Positions 1 through 12,554 of a stretch of DNA of 64,000 nt are shown here, piece after piece. Every line of letters starts with the position of its first letter. The first letter of the stretch is position 1. Below the pieces are notes generated by a model. That model was not told the origin of the DNA, searched no databases, and saw only the letters and a program-made list of their open reading frames with translations. The translations under genes were made by a program, and so were the position numbers. The stretch is from Felis catus (lineage: Eukaryota). Location of the stretch: the NCBI RefSeq assembly GCF_018350175.1, contig NC_058368.1:9424001-9488000 (forward strand). Direction: 5' to 3'.

Positions 1-60
1 TAAGAAGACAGGTATCCAAGCCTCGTCGTTAAGGGGTTCTGCTATATTAGACCCTAGAAA

Positions 61-144
61 TCTGTGAATTTTTGCTTTTCTCCAGGTTGATACAGGGGAG
101 GGTCTGTGAATTTTTGCTTTTCTCCAGGTTGATACAGGGGAGGG
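61..144. repeat. Perfect 42-bp tandem duplication (2 copies)
   Basis: tctgtgaatttttgcttttctccaggttgatacaggggaggg occurs at 61-102 and identically at 103-144. Confidence 0.97.
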
Positions 145-394
145 ACCTACGCGGGCCAATCACAGCCCTTCCTTGGGATGTTTCTAACTATTAGTAGTGT
201 GGGACGTGCCGTCCATATCTATGACCAGCCCCATTGGTGCTCACCAGCAGGTGCACCCATACCCTACCCATTGCAGGTGCTTCTCCGAAGGCTTGCACCC
301 ATGACTTCAGGAGACTTGCCTTGGCTGGTGGCAGGCCCTTGACCTGAGACCCCCCCGGTGAGTCCATGGCCCACCCTCGGAGGGTGATGACTCA

Positions 395-565
395 AAGACA
401 GACAGCCTGAGTTTGGGGACTGGCTCCATCACTTACTAGCTCTTTGACTTTGGACAGGCTACTTTAACACCTCTGTGCTCGGACATCCTGAGTTATGAAT
501 TTGAGCTAAAAGCGATGAACTCGGAGCGTAGCACGGAGGAGAACTCAACAAATGGTAGTGTTATG
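395..565 (+). mobile_element. MIR SINE fragment
   Basis: MIR core-like 'ggctccatcacttactagctctttgactttggacaggctacttt...ctctgtgctc'. Confidence 0.7.
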
Positions 566-1079
566 TCATAGCTTATTTTTATCATTATAAAATCCCATAG
601 GATGACATCGGGAATCGGAGGTGTTTGGGGTATAAAGTACAAGTCTCTGCGGAAGGAGAAGAACCCTCCTCAAATGTGTGAAGAGAGAGCAAGTGAGAGA
701 GAAATTAGACACCTGTAGACAGTTACTGGAAAGCAAACTACCTAGACCCAAGGGTGGAAGTTACAAGGAGGCAGGGATCACCCAAGTATACCCAGCAATG
801 CAGTAGGCTTGCGCAAGAGACAAGGAGGGAAAAGAAAGTGGTGAGGACCTCCCAGCTCCCGGAAGTGTTTAAGCAGAGATTGAGTTGAGCCATTTCCAAC
901 TAGAGAAGTAGGCCAACCTTTGATATCTCTTCTAGTTTAAATAACTTAAGATCCCTTAACCAGCTCTAGAATCTTAGGTTGCTTAAAGTTAACTCTAAGT
1001 GGCCACCTATATTAACTTTGTGTTTTGCTTGCTAACAAAAAATAATTTAAGGAAACTCAGTAATTGGGTAAGCATACCA

Positions 1080-1570
1080 AGATAGGTATACAAATGTATA
1101 GTAATACCTCAGCATTATTTATACTATGTAATGGGAATAACCCAAATATCTATCAAGAGGGGATTGGTTAAATAAATTATACCTGTCTGTCTTGGTACAT
1201 TCATAAAGCAGACTGATCCATTGCCGTTAAACGTGATACGGCTACACATGAAAAATGATTTTGTAGATCCAGGGTGATGTCTACAACGTTTAACAACGGG
1301 GAGGACGGAAGTGCTGACCAAGCAGAACAGATCCAGCCGCAGTCAGAGAGCTCTGCCAGAACGTACCAGCAGAGTTATCCGTCCCGTGTAAGATCTGCGA
1401 CTTCCATGCAAGGTCAGGTACAGACCATATGTACATAAAGGGGCATCTGGAAGGATGGGCACCAACATCATCAGTGGGGGTGAGACTTGGGATGATTTTT
1501 TAAACTTTCTCCTTTACGTTTCCTGTATTGCTTGAATTTTCAAAATGAGCATACTGTGTTTGGATTTTAA
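1080..1570 (+). mobile_element. Old L1 (L1M/L1ME-like) 3' fragment
   Basis: 'aataacccaaatatctatcaagaggggattggttaaataaattat' resembles the ORF2 end/3' UTR of ancient L1M. Confidence 0.65.
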
Positions 1571-1863
1571 AAATCAAGTGTTCCTTTACAGAATGAAGGT
1601 AAATCAATGGAGGACCCTCCTTCAGAGCATAGTAAGGAGTCCGAATCTTTCTCCTGCTTCCTGCTTTCCACACTCCTGCTGGGTACCCTCTAGCATTAGG
1701 GGCTGCAGTGGAGGATGCTGTGGTCCCGGCCACGGGACCCTGGAGGATGTACTGATGTTGTCTGTGCCTCAGTTTCCCGTCTGTAAAATTGAGGTGATTT
1801 ATTTAGACTGAATGGTCTTTCAGCTTTGTGGCTTATAAAATTTGCATAAAATACCCTTAACCA

Positions 1864-2088
1864 TTTTTTAAAGAAGTTTTTTAAAGTTTGTTTATTTATT
1901 TTGAGAGAGAGAGAGAGCGCGCAGGGGAGGGGCAGAGAGAAAGGAGAGGAGAGGGAGAGAATCCCAAGCAGGCTCCACGCCGTCAGCACAGAGCCTGACG
2001 TGGGGCTCGATCCCACAAAAGGTGAGATCGTGGTCTGAGCCAAGATCAAGAGTCAGACAATTAACTTACTGAGCCACCCAGGCGCCCC
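1864..2088 (-). mobile_element. Can-SINE (felid SINEC family)
   Basis: Reverse-complement head 'gagccacccaggcgcccc', (GA)n tract, T-rich tail. Confidence 0.95.
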
Positions 2089-2149
2089 AGCCTTAAACTT
2101 TGGTAAGAGTCATAAACTATAAGCACAATTCAAACAACCCTTTTTGCTC

Positions 2150-3250
2150 CTGAATGATTTGAGGATAAGTAGCCGTGGTTGACCTGATACTCAGCCCCTG
2201 CATATTTTTGTGTGTTTCCTCTGAACAAAGATATTCACCTACTTAACCACAATACAACCATCAAAATCAGGACATCAGCATTGACACACTCAAGTGTTGG
2301 CAATTGTCCCTTTCTAGAAAAAGATCCAGGTCTGAATCCCAAGCTGCATCTAGCTGTCCTGTTTTCCGAGTCCCCTTCAGCCTGGGACAGTCTTCGGTCT
2401 GTCCTTGACTTTCGGGACCTTCACGCTTCTGAAGATGACGGGCCAGTTATTTGGTAGAATGTCACTCAAGTTGGGATTGTCTGATATTTTGTCATGATTA
2501 CACGCACGTTACGCACCTTCGGAAGGAGTGCCCCAAATGGATGCTGTGTTTTTCTCATTATCTCCTGTGAGGCGACACAAAATTTTGATTTGTCCCATTA
2601 CTGACAACGTTCACTCCGATCGCCTGATCACTCCGATCGCCTGATTAGTCTTCTCCTCTGTCAAATTACCATTTCCCCTTCACTGTCAATGACTATTTCA
2701 TGGGGAATAAACTGATGTTCCTCATCACTTTATTCTTTCATCTATTTACATGTATTATTATATATATTCTTTCAACTTATTCTTTCATTGATTTATATCT
2801 GTATATACTTAGGGCTTCCTATTTTATTCAACAGGTTATCTGATGCTATCATTTTATATTCTGAGGCTCATACTATCCCTGGTTTGGCCATTGGGAGCCC
2901 CTTCAACCTGTCTTTTGTTATTTAAAGCCAAGATGTGGGCGTTCAGTGTGCCTTTTGCTCTTTGAATGTCACTGTGCCCAGACAGTCCCAGTGGACGCAG
3001 CCAGGAAATATGTGTACAGGTGTAGATGGAGATGTAGTTAGATACATACACACATATCCGGCTACATTCATTTAGCGATTCAACAGACACCTCCAGTTCT
3101 GAGTTCAAATACCTCCAATTCAAACCAACTAGAAATTCCAGTTTTCTCCGTCTCCATATTTGCACCTTCTTTCCCTGACGGGGGCAAAACTCCTTCTCAT
3201 GATCCTTAATATGTGCACCTATGTGACCAATCTCCCTGTGAGTGGCCCGC
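2150..3250 (-). mobile_element. L1MC4/L1MC5-like 3' end
   Basis: 'tttcctctgaacaaagatattcacctacttaaccacaatacaaccatcaaaatcagga' and 'ggccagttattttggtagaatgtc' resemble antisense L1MC 3' UTR; includes a 17-bp tandem duplication at 2611-2644. Confidence 0.75.
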
Positions 3251-5868
3251 CTCCTGTCTCTACTCCACCCCTCCTTGCCCTGCTCAGGCGCCGACACCCC
3301 ACTTCGGCCACCTTCCCCGGTGACCTTTGCCCCCATCACCCTTCTGTGGCTCTGCACCCCCCTCCACTGTGTCCCCAGGCTGTCGCTCCACCTTGAGGCC
3401 TCACCTAATTGCGTGCTTCTAAGCTAACAGACCTGAAAACGATAAATGGCTCTCAAAACAACGCATTTTCACTTTACTTCCTACTTTCCCTGTTTTCAAA
3501 CCATAGTTCCCACCACCCCTGTGGCCTAAGATGGTGAGAAATCCCCCCACTTCTGGACACACACGTATAGATCACAACCTATGCACGGCAGGCGAGTTCG
3601 TTGTTGCCAACGCTGACCCTCGGAGCTCCGGTCTCACGACCCCACTGTGTCCTTGATGTCCCCACGTGGATGCTTCGTGAGCACCTTAACTGAACACGCC
3701 CGAGGAGACCGTGAGTCCCCCAGCATGCCCTTCCACGGACTTCCTGGTTTCCGGGCATGGAGTCTCCACGGGCTCAGTTTCCCCTTCTGGAAAGGAGTTA
3801 TTCTCACTCAATTACTCTCTTTCCCCCGTGCTCCTTTCCACACCTAACGTGTTGACTCTACCTCCCCAAATGCTCCGCATCCACTTCGTGCCATCCACTT
3901 ACACGCTCATCACCGGGCCGTGGCCACCGTCACCCACCCTTGAGCCACCAGTCGCCTCCTTGGGTGGGTTGTACAGTCACCACACCTCTGTCCACACAGC
4001 TTTGGCCTGTGTGTGTGTGACTTGCCTCGGCCTATGGATGCGAGCAGAGATTTAAGCGTGAGCTCGGGGCTGGTTTCCGGTTTCTGCTGTGGGGGGGGGG
4101 GGGGCACGATGGCCCTGTGTCCCGTCGGGGCCACCCCCGTCAGCCTGGTCCCTCCGTGAGAGGAAGCTGGGGCAGAGCAGTGACCTCCGGCACGTGAGCA
4201 AGAAGCAAATGCCCTCATGGTGAGCCTGAGCAATTTGGGGGTCGCGCCTCGCCGCGGCGGAGCTTACTGGTAAGTTCCCTGAAGTCCGTTCTGCTCGGCA
4301 GCCATAAGCTGTCTTCCAAAAAACACACGAAGTCACTCCCAGTGATTTCACCCCATCCCAGACCCTCCCGGGGCTTCCCATTGTGCTGTGAGTGAAATCC
4401 CAGCCCCTCAGGTGGTTTGCAAAGCCCCAAACCCCACCAGCCTCCAGTGGTCCCTTCTCCACCCCTGGTGCTTCCAGAACAACTTGCAGCCCGTCCTTCC
4501 TGGCCCTGCCTAGAGGAAGCCCCCTTGTGTCCACAAGAAGGGCTGCTCCTCTGGGCTTAGATCTCAGATTGAACATCGCTCCATCAGAGAGGCGCCCCTG
4601 ACCACACGCGCTGAAGCATCAGCAGCCGCCACGCCCTCCTCCTTCCGTGGTGTGGCTGGCCCTTGGCACGTCTCTGAGGGTTCCACGTCTCTGTGTTTTA
4701 CCTGAGCGCACAGACCTGCCTGTCTTGGTGCCCGTGGGCCCCCCCCCTGCCCCCGCCATGCCCAGAACCTAACCTGACTCATACCCACAGCCGAATAAAC
4801 GTTCAAGAAGTGAATGAATGACGGGTGGTCATTTTTCCATAGACAAGTATTGTCCTTCACCTGGTCTTGAAAAGGAGAGACCGTGGGGCAAAACGCAGGA
4901 GACCGGGCGGAATGAATACCAGCCTCTGGAAAGCCCGGGGCTGTCTTGGGTTGGGGCTGCTGGGACCCCACCCCGGCCCCAGCTCTGCCAGCACGGGGCT
5001 CTGGGACGGCAGCGTGGCACCCACTTCTCCGGTTCCTGATCTTCTTTTCTTGAAAATGCAGCTTTGTAAAACAATGATCTCTAAAGCCTTCTCTGGTTTC
5101 GGGATGCCAAGGGCATTTCACACCCAGGACAGCCAAATCAGGGCTCGGGCAGGAGGCGGCAGAAGACCCCTGGATGCTCAGCTTGCTCTTCCCCCGGAAA
5201 GCGAGCAGAACTACAAGCCCCTGAAGATAAACGACAAGAACTCAGGCCTGAGCTGATCTGTGAACACTGAGCCATTTCCGGGGATGTTGAGGACCCTTCT
5301 GGGTGCACAGGCAAAGAACCATCCTGACGCGAGAGCACCTGCTTCTGAGCTCCGCTGAGCGCCCTGGGGAAGTTAACACACGCTTCTGATCGTCACCTGA
5401 TAAAGCAGGGCTGGCGTCACCGATTTCCCAGGGATGCTGTGAAGATTAACTAACAAAAAATAATACTACCATTTCCCGAGTGCGGAGTATGAACCAGCCT
5501 CCGTGCTGAATTCTTTCCATGCAACACCTTGTTTCTTTCAGTAGTCCTAGAAGGTTGGAATGATTGTTCCCCATATTTGATCGAGGAGCCTGGGCATCAA
5601 GTAGTTACTCGGCTTGCCCCGGGCCCCACAGCCAGGGAGCCATAACCTACATGACGCCTGTCACTTATCTTCCTGGGCGGGCAGGACTTTGCCTGCTTCT
5701 CCGTTCACTTATGTGACGGCACCAGCACTGCCCGGCGTGGAACACACTCCATAAATATTGATCTCGCACTTCCTGTCCACTCCTCAGCAGTGCATTAACT
5801 GGGTCCTCTAGAGAAATGCTTTTCTGCCTTCCATAAGTTAACGCTGGTAGCCAGCTGCTTTGGGTTGG

Positions 5869-5942
5869 GCGCGCGCGTGTGTGTGTGTGTGTGCATGTGT
5901 GTGTGCCTGCCTGTGTGCAAATTTGCATGTGCGTGTGTGTGT
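5869..5942. repeat. (GC)n/(GT)n alternating purine-pyrimidine microsatellite
   Basis: gcgcgcgcgtgtgtgtgtgtgt... imperfect. Confidence 0.9.
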
Positions 5943-6207
5943 TGAACTTCTAGCAGGTTTTCCGTTGCCGGTTGCTTCTATGACCCAAATAGAAGTCGCT
6001 CTGGGGTCGTGGGCTGTGTGGTACCGAATGCTCCCAGAGCTCAGGAACTGTAAGCATCTGAGCCACACAAAAATTCTAATTGTATCTTTTAAAAAGTAAG
6101 TTTGGTGTCATCAAGGCCAGGAATAATACATAAATAAATTGGCCGAAATAGTTTATTGATTATCCTAAAAATGTATTACCCAAAGATTTTCATGTTTTTA
6201 AAAAAAA

Positions 6208-6418
6208 TTTTTTTTTAACGTTTATTTATTTTTGAGACAGAGAGAGACAGAGCATGAACGGGGGAGGGGCAGAGAGAGAGGGAGACACAGAATCGGAAAC
6301 AGGCTCCAGGCTCCGAGCCATCAGCCCAGAGCCCGACGCGGGGCTCGAACTCACGGACCACGAGATCATGACCTGAGCTGAAGTCGGCCGCTTAACCGAC
6401 TGAGCCACCCAGGCACCC
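6208..6418 (-). mobile_element. Can-SINE (SINEC_Fc-like)
   Basis: Near-consensus antisense body 'cagaatcggaaacaggctccaggctccgagccatcagcccagagcccgacgcggggctcgaac'. Confidence 0.96.
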
Positions 6419-6462
6419 GTTTCGTGTTTTAATTAAAAAAAAAAAAAAACAACCCTCTTAAA

Positions 6463-6667
6463 GGGGCGCCTGGGTGACTCATTCGGTTAAGCCTCGGACT
6501 CTTAATTGCTGTTCAGGTCACGATCTCACGCTTCATGGGATTAAGCTTCACATCAGGCTCTGCACTGACAGCACGGAGTCTGCTTGGGATTCTCTGCCTC
6601 CCGCTCTCCCTGCCCCTCTTCCGCTTGTTCTAAATAAATAAATAAATAAATAATCATTTAAAAAAAC
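6463..6667 (+). mobile_element. Can-SINE
   Basis: Head ggggcgcctgggtgactca, 'tgcttgggattctc', (TAAA)n tail. Confidence 0.93.
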
Positions 6668-6899
6668 TTAAGAAAAATAGGGTTCTTACCTGGTTCTTGT
6701 TTTTCTGCTAGGCCCCGCCCAACACATGGTCAGGAGACGGGTGAAGTGGAAGGAACCGTATAAACCATCCACCGGGATGTTTTCCCTCCCTAGTCAATCC
6801 CTCCCTAGTATAGCAAGAAAGCTCAGACCCCAAGACGCTAACTTTTGGCTAAAGAAAGGCACACAGCGAGGCAAAAGGATGCCAGTCTCTAGATGTCTT

Positions 6900-7170
6900 T
6901 AATCATAGCCTCTCGGGCTAGAAGGACTTTAAAGATCAAATTAGTCCAACCACTCCCAAAATTCATGTCTCTTTGACAGCCTGGCCGCCCTCTGTGCTTG
7001 AGTCTGTCCAGTCTGGGAACTCACTAGTCTTCAGGGGCCTGTCCGTCTTTACGGACTATTTAAAAGTGTCTATTGATCAGAATTCGATCTGGCTTTCCCT
7101 CCACCAGTGTGTCTTATTTGCCTGCTCCTGGAACGTAGAGCTTTCACAGTCTGGTGTTTCCGTGAGTTCC
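6900..7170 (-). mobile_element. CR1/L3-like LINE fragment
   Basis: 'tgcttgagtctgtccagtctgggaactcactagtcttcaggggc' resembles the antisense L3 3' end. Confidence 0.45.
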
Positions 7171-7223
7171 GTCCTACCTCTGGACAAAATGCCAGGCCTA
7201 GAAGAGGCAATGAAACATGTACC

Positions 7224-7454
7224 TTTTTTTTTTTTTAATGTTTAGTTATTTACTTTTGAGAGAGAGAGAGAGAGAGAGAGAGAATGCAAGTAAGTGGTGG
7301 AGGGCAGAGAGAGAGGGGGACAGAGAATCCCAAGCAGGCTCGGCACTGTGAGTGCAGAGCCCGATGCAGGGCTCGAACCCACGCCCCATGAGATCATAAC
7401 CTGAGCTGAAGTCGAGAGCTGGACGCTTACCTGACTGAGCCATCCAGGCGCCCC
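7224..7454 (-). mobile_element. Can-SINE with 11-bp TSD
   Basis: TSD aaacatgtacc at 7213-7223 and 7455-7465. Confidence 0.96.
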
Positions 7455-8034
7455 AAACATGTACCAGTTGAACCGCAAGCCCTACAGACGCCTGTACGGT
7501 TTCCTGCTGATCACGACCTCCGAAAACAGCATCATCACCGGAGCTTGCCCCTTGTTTCGGCCACAGCTAACATCTTGTAAGCCTGGGCGGGGGGAACAGC
7601 ACAGGAGGAGAATTCTCTCTGCCCTCCCCGCCTGCTGCGTCCACACACGGCGTTGTTAGGCTCGTGGCTCCTGGCTGTGCTCCCTGAAGATTTCTTCCTG
7701 CGTGGCCACAAGCTGAGCATCTACCCAACCCATAAATCACAGCCAGCAAAAGGCTGAAAATACTCCCCGAGAGCTTCTGCACAGCACTCCAGCTCAAGAA
7801 CTCCTTGTCAAGGTCTTGACGGTTTATGCTCTCCGAGCCAGATCAGAACCCGATGGGGCACAGAAGCCTTCCCGATCTGTTCCAGCCGGCGGGGCTGAGT
7901 AGCCAGGGTTTACACAGGGGTCATAGCCAGCTGTCAGGCGAGTGGAGAAGCAAAGCCAGGTGGACGGACACAGGATGGCGGGGAGAAGGAAGGTCATCAT
8001 TAAGTAGACCATATCTTAAGGAAGTCAGTAATTG

Positions 8035-8270
8035 GCCCCATTTATTAATTACCGGGTGCCAGTCCCCATGCGAAGCATCTTCTGTGTGTTATCTCATTAA
8101 ATTGCAACTAATCTTCACTAGAACCTTTACGGGAGCTATCGTCATTCTATGTTACCGGGAGGGATTGGAGGCCCGGGGAGGTGGAATCATTAGTAAAGGT
8201 CACATCATTAGTAAATGGCTGACACAGGATTTAAACCTAGATTCTCTAAATTGAGACTCCGAACCACTAC
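8035..8270 (-). mobile_element. MIR
   Basis: Antisense MIR core 'aaggtcacatcattagtaaatggctgacacaggatttaaacctagattc'. Confidence 0.75.
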
Positions 8271-8920
8271 CCCATCGGGCCCCTTCCTGTGCAGACGCTC
8301 CTTGAAACCCAGGGAGGGCGCCTGTCCCTCCTCCCACCCCCGGGAACTGCAGCTGGGAAGTCCCCTCGGAGTTAGCAGGTGGCCATTTCTCATTCCCAGC
8401 CTGTCAGATCCCGCTGCAGGCTGGGACCCAGTTTATGGAGGAAAGTGCCAAGTCCCATGGCACGCCTAACTCGTTCCCCTTCTCGACACTTCACCCTCCC
8501 CGGGGCCAAGCGGCCAGTCGCTGCTCACGAGGGACAAGAGGTCTCACTGAGTACTCAACCCACATCTGGAACCTCCAGGTATTTTAAGGGCCTCCAGGAC
8601 AAATGCTTCTGGAGGCTTCCTGCAAGCAAACCTCTGAAGTGTTGGAATTCCAGTGAGGCTGCCCCAGCAGAAATCCCACCGCGCATTAAAGCTGCTTCCT
8701 GGGCATGGATGACTGGACACCGGGGCCCAGGGTGATGCCAATCTATCCAGGGCAGCTGCGGGACCTCGCTCACCGGATGTAGAAGTCAGCCAGCGCTCAT
8801 GACGATCTTGCCTCCTTAAAATCTTCAGCCTTGTTCTCGATTGCCAAAGGAACAGAGTCTGAACGCCTCCACACAGCATGCGTGGCCTTTTTACACCCTC
8901 CTTTACTGGCTTTCTTTTCT

Positions 8921-8953
8921 TTTTAAAAAAATTTTTAATGTTTATTTATTTTT

Positions 8954-9003
<50 letters not shown>

Positions 9004-9164
9004 TAGTGGGGGAGGGGCAGAAACAGAGGGAGACCCAGAATCTGAAAGCAGGTTCCAGGCTCTGAGCTGTCAGCACAGAGCCCGACGTGGGGCTCGAACT
9101 CACAAGCAGATCATGACCCGAACTGAGGCCAGACTCTCAAGCGACTGAGCCACCCAGGCGCCCC
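8921..9164 (-). mobile_element. Can-SINE with expanded (GA)n
   Basis: Imperfect TSD tactggctttcttttct / tactggttttattttct; long GA run at about 8958-9000. Confidence 0.95.
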
Positions 9165-9549
9165 TACTGGTTTTATTTTCTATCTGACTCCTGCACCCTC
9201 CCTGCTCACCTTGTACATCAAACCCTTCACTCCCCAAGACCTGCCAAGTTCTTCCGAGATCTGAGCCTTCGCACACGCTGGTCCCCTTCTTTACCTCACA
9301 AACGCCTTCCTACTCTTCAAGACCCAGGCCAAAGGGCCCTCTTCTCCAGAACATTCCTTGGTCCCCAAGTCAATTGTTCAAACATCTCCTCATTCTACCA
9401 ATGAATGGCGCTGGACTCTTATTACGCATTTACAGAGATCTTCCCTGTCAGACCCCAAACTTCTCAAGGTAGCAATGGTCATAATGATAACAATGACGAT
9501 AATAAGTAGCTGTACCTATGAAGTAGAACATCCTCATGATTATTGGTAA

Positions 9550-10080
9550 AGCATCACTGTGTCCACCCAACAGATGTCAGGTCTCGCTTGGCTTACGCTG
9601 TGGTCCACATCTGGGAGCGTCCAAGTCCATCCCACTCATTGAATCCTTCATGTTCCATGAAGGATCATGTTCCATCCCCATGAATCCTTCAGTTGTCACT
9701 GTCCTTCTTTCTGCTTATTCTCCTCTTTGCTCCATGCTTTGTCCTCACAGAGCTGTCGTTTTTCTCTCGTGGTCTTGGACTTCTTATACACCACCGTTCA
9801 GCCATTTTTAATTGCTTCACGCTTTGACACCGCCGATTACGTGAATCTAGAAGGGAATACAATTCTTCCGGAGAATCGCCCAGAGTTCTTAGATCTTGGT
9901 AGCAAGATCCTAACTCATCACTGAAGGTGATCACCGATTCTTGAATATCAGTAGGTAGCCTGGTCGTAGCGGCTCATCCCTCGCCGGTCCTCGGGGAGAC
10001 AACCTACGCGTCGTTGGTACAGGTAGGTGTTGTAATCGGCATCGAATTACATAGAGAGATCCAGGTATGGCACGCAGGTG
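9550..10080 (-). mobile_element. Possible highly decayed CR1/L3 reverse-transcriptase remnant
   Basis: A minus frame near 10040-10075 reads VPYLDLSM*FDA, similar to the non-LTR RT motif YLDFSKAFD; little other support. Confidence 0.25.
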
Positions 10081-10399
10081 TGGTGATAACACTTAGAGTC
10101 CTCAGCACGTGCTGCTGGCGTCCCCCGAGACCTTCCCGTGCACAACAGCGGTCACAGTAACCTCTGCAGACGCTGTCAGGACCGGACCACCGGGAAGGCT
10201 ATCTGCACACTTACCCTGGAGCCTGGCATGGTGTGTCGTCATAAACATGGGCAGAATGAATGATTGAGGGGAGAAAATGCATGCGTGACAGCCCCACCCA
10301 TGTCACCAAGACTTGTACGCCTTGGGGCCTGATGGAGATCCGGCTGCCACTGGGATGTAGGGTGCTGGTGATTGTAGATAATAGAAATCATGGCATCTC

Positions 10400-10627
10400 G
10401 GGGCGCTGGGTGGCTCAGTCGGTTGAGCGTCCGACTTCGGCTCAGGTCATGATCTCACAGTTCGTGGGTTCGAGCCCCGCGTCGGGCTCTGTGCTGACAG
10501 CTCAGAGCCTGGAGCCTGTTTCAGATTCTGTGTCTCCCTCTCTCTCTGTCCCTCCCCCACTTGCACTCTGTCTATCTCTGTCTCAAAAATAAATAAACAT
10601 TTAAAAAAAATTAAAAAAAAAAAAAAA
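10400..10627 (+). mobile_element. Can-SINE (SINEC_Fc2-like)
   Basis: Full body, poly-A tail, imperfect TSD agaaatcatggcatct / agaaagaatggcatct. Confidence 0.96.
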
Positions 10628-10739
10628 AGAAAGAATGGCATCTAGGACCCAGAGTCATCTGACCCTTCCCAGACCCCGAAGACTTGGGATCTCTAAAGCA
10701 GGCCTCCGAGAAAATCTACTGAGATGTGGGAAGCTGAAG

Positions 10740-11171
10740 CTAAAATTTTATTTATAATTATTTTAAGAATAAGAACTCAGGCTCCTACTTAATAGATACA
10801 TATTTGGTATGTAGGTTGACAATAGAATATTTATGGGTGTACATATGCAACTTAAAATACACCTGTGTATGTTAGGGAATGTGTGCTCAGAAATTTTTCT
10901 TTTCTTTTGTTTTCTTTTCTTTTTTATTTTCTTTTCTTTAGAGAGAGAGCAAGCATGAACAAGGGAGAGGGGCAGAGGGACAGAGAGAAAGAGCTTCCTA
11001 GGCAGGCTCCACACTCAGCGTGGAACTGGACACGGGGCTTGATCCCGTGACCCTGGGGTCATGACCTGAGCCAAAATCAAGAGTTGGATGCTCACCCGGC
11101 TGAGCCACCCAGGCGCCCCCGGAAATGGTTAATGTTAGGGAATCATACTCAGTACAGTTTGGAGACCACTG
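10740..11171. mobile_element. hAT-Charlie MITE (MER112/MER113-like), interrupted by a SINE
   Basis: Terminus 'agtttggagaccactg' (Charlie TIR) and 'gtgtgctcagaaattttt'. Confidence 0.5.
10894..11119 (-). mobile_element. Can-SINE (older carnivore-wide type)
   Basis: 'gatcccgtgaccctggggtcatgacctgagccaaaatcaagagttggatgctc...caggcgcccc'. Confidence 0.93.
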
Positions 11172-11439
11172 ACTTGGGAGGGGTAGCCAATCCGATTTAC
11201 GTTGGGTGGGGGCGGGGGTTGGAAGGCATGGGCTTGATGGAAGGCTCCAATTCCCCTGAAATGGTCACGGACTACCTTGTAGCAGAGTGGGATACAAGTG
11301 TCCCTCCAGAAAAGGAGCATCTCTCTAAGGGCCCCAATGGCCTATAACAATCGAGAAACGATTCTAGATTTGTTGGCCAACAGAAACCCAATCCTCTTGC
11401 GTGTAAGCATCTCTGGCACACAGAACGGATAGCGGTCAG

Positions 11440-11650
11440 ACGTTACTAATAAAAATTGCTTCACCAGTTACTGTGGTGACCATCGCCTTTTCTAACGCTA
11501 TATTGGATTCCCCCTACCTCAACTTTACAAAAGTGGGATAGGTTCAGAGAAGCTAAAGAAATGGCCGTAGTCCCAACTGGTAACTGGCAAAGCCAAGACT
11601 CCAACCAAGGCCCGTCTCTGACTCCAAAGCCTGCACTCTTTCCACCATGA
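11440..11650 (-). mobile_element. MIR
   Basis: 'aggttcagagaagctaaag...gactccaaccaaggcccgtctctgactccaaagcctgcactctt'. Confidence 0.7.
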
Positions 11651-11757
11651 GGCCCTGATGATGCCTGAGCTGGGCCATGTGAAGGAAATCCTCCCCCACG
11701 ACCGCTGTGACTCACCCCCCAGGGTCAGACTGCTCTGTTTGCAGAAGCAACTTTGCA

Positions 11758-11966
11758 GGGGCGCTTGAATGGCTCAGTCACATAAGCGGCCCACTTTGGC
11801 TCAGGTCGTGATCTCATAGTCTGTGGGTTCGAGCACTGCCTCAGGCCCTCTGCTGTCAGCACAGAGCCCGCTTCGTGAGCCCACTTCACATCATCAGTGC
11901 CCCCCTCTCTCTGCTCCTCCCCTGCTCTCTCTCTCCGTCAAAAACATTTAGAAAACAAACAAAAAA
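11758..11966 (+). mobile_element. Can-SINE (diverged)
   Basis: Head ggggcgcttgaatggctcag; imperfect TSD agaagcaactttgca / aggagcaactctgca. Confidence 0.9.
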
Positions 11967-12473
11967 AGGAGCAACTCTGCAGAGCCAAGCTGAGGCTTTC
12001 CTCAGGTCAGCTTGGCACACGTTCTGGGTGCCCTTTGCAGTGTAAGTTATTTAACACGATCAGGATAAAATCCAGCCGTCAAAAACCTTCATCTGAATTC
12101 TGGAACTGAGCGCGAGGAGTAATTCCACATTCTCCGCAGCCTTGAAGCCTTCGGGGCTGTGCCCGCCACTTGGACCCAAACCGGCAGAGCAGACTTTTAG
12201 CAGAAAACCGAAATTTAACCAAACAGCCACAAACAGCACACACTTTCCATCAAATACAAGCTGTCAGTAAACACACTGACCCACCTGCCTGTTGGAGAAG
12301 AAAGATGGCGCCCTCAAAGGAGAATTGTTTCTCTGTTACATAAAGATAAATGATCAATTCTAAAAACTCCTAACTCCAGTGGTTTGGGTTTTGAGAGTTT
12401 CCCGGTAACTTCCTAGCTCCTCTCCTAGAACGGTTAACCTTTTTCTTATCTTGAGATGCATTTTTATCCAACA

Positions 12474-12506
12474 AGAGAGAGAGAGAAAACGAACGTGCGG
12501 GGGAGG

Positions 12507-12554
<48 letters not shown>

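Noticed and set aside
6226..6408. Recurrent MAQSVKRPTSAQVMIS-type ORFs here and at other sites
   Set aside because: Translations of Can-SINE bodies, not a gene family
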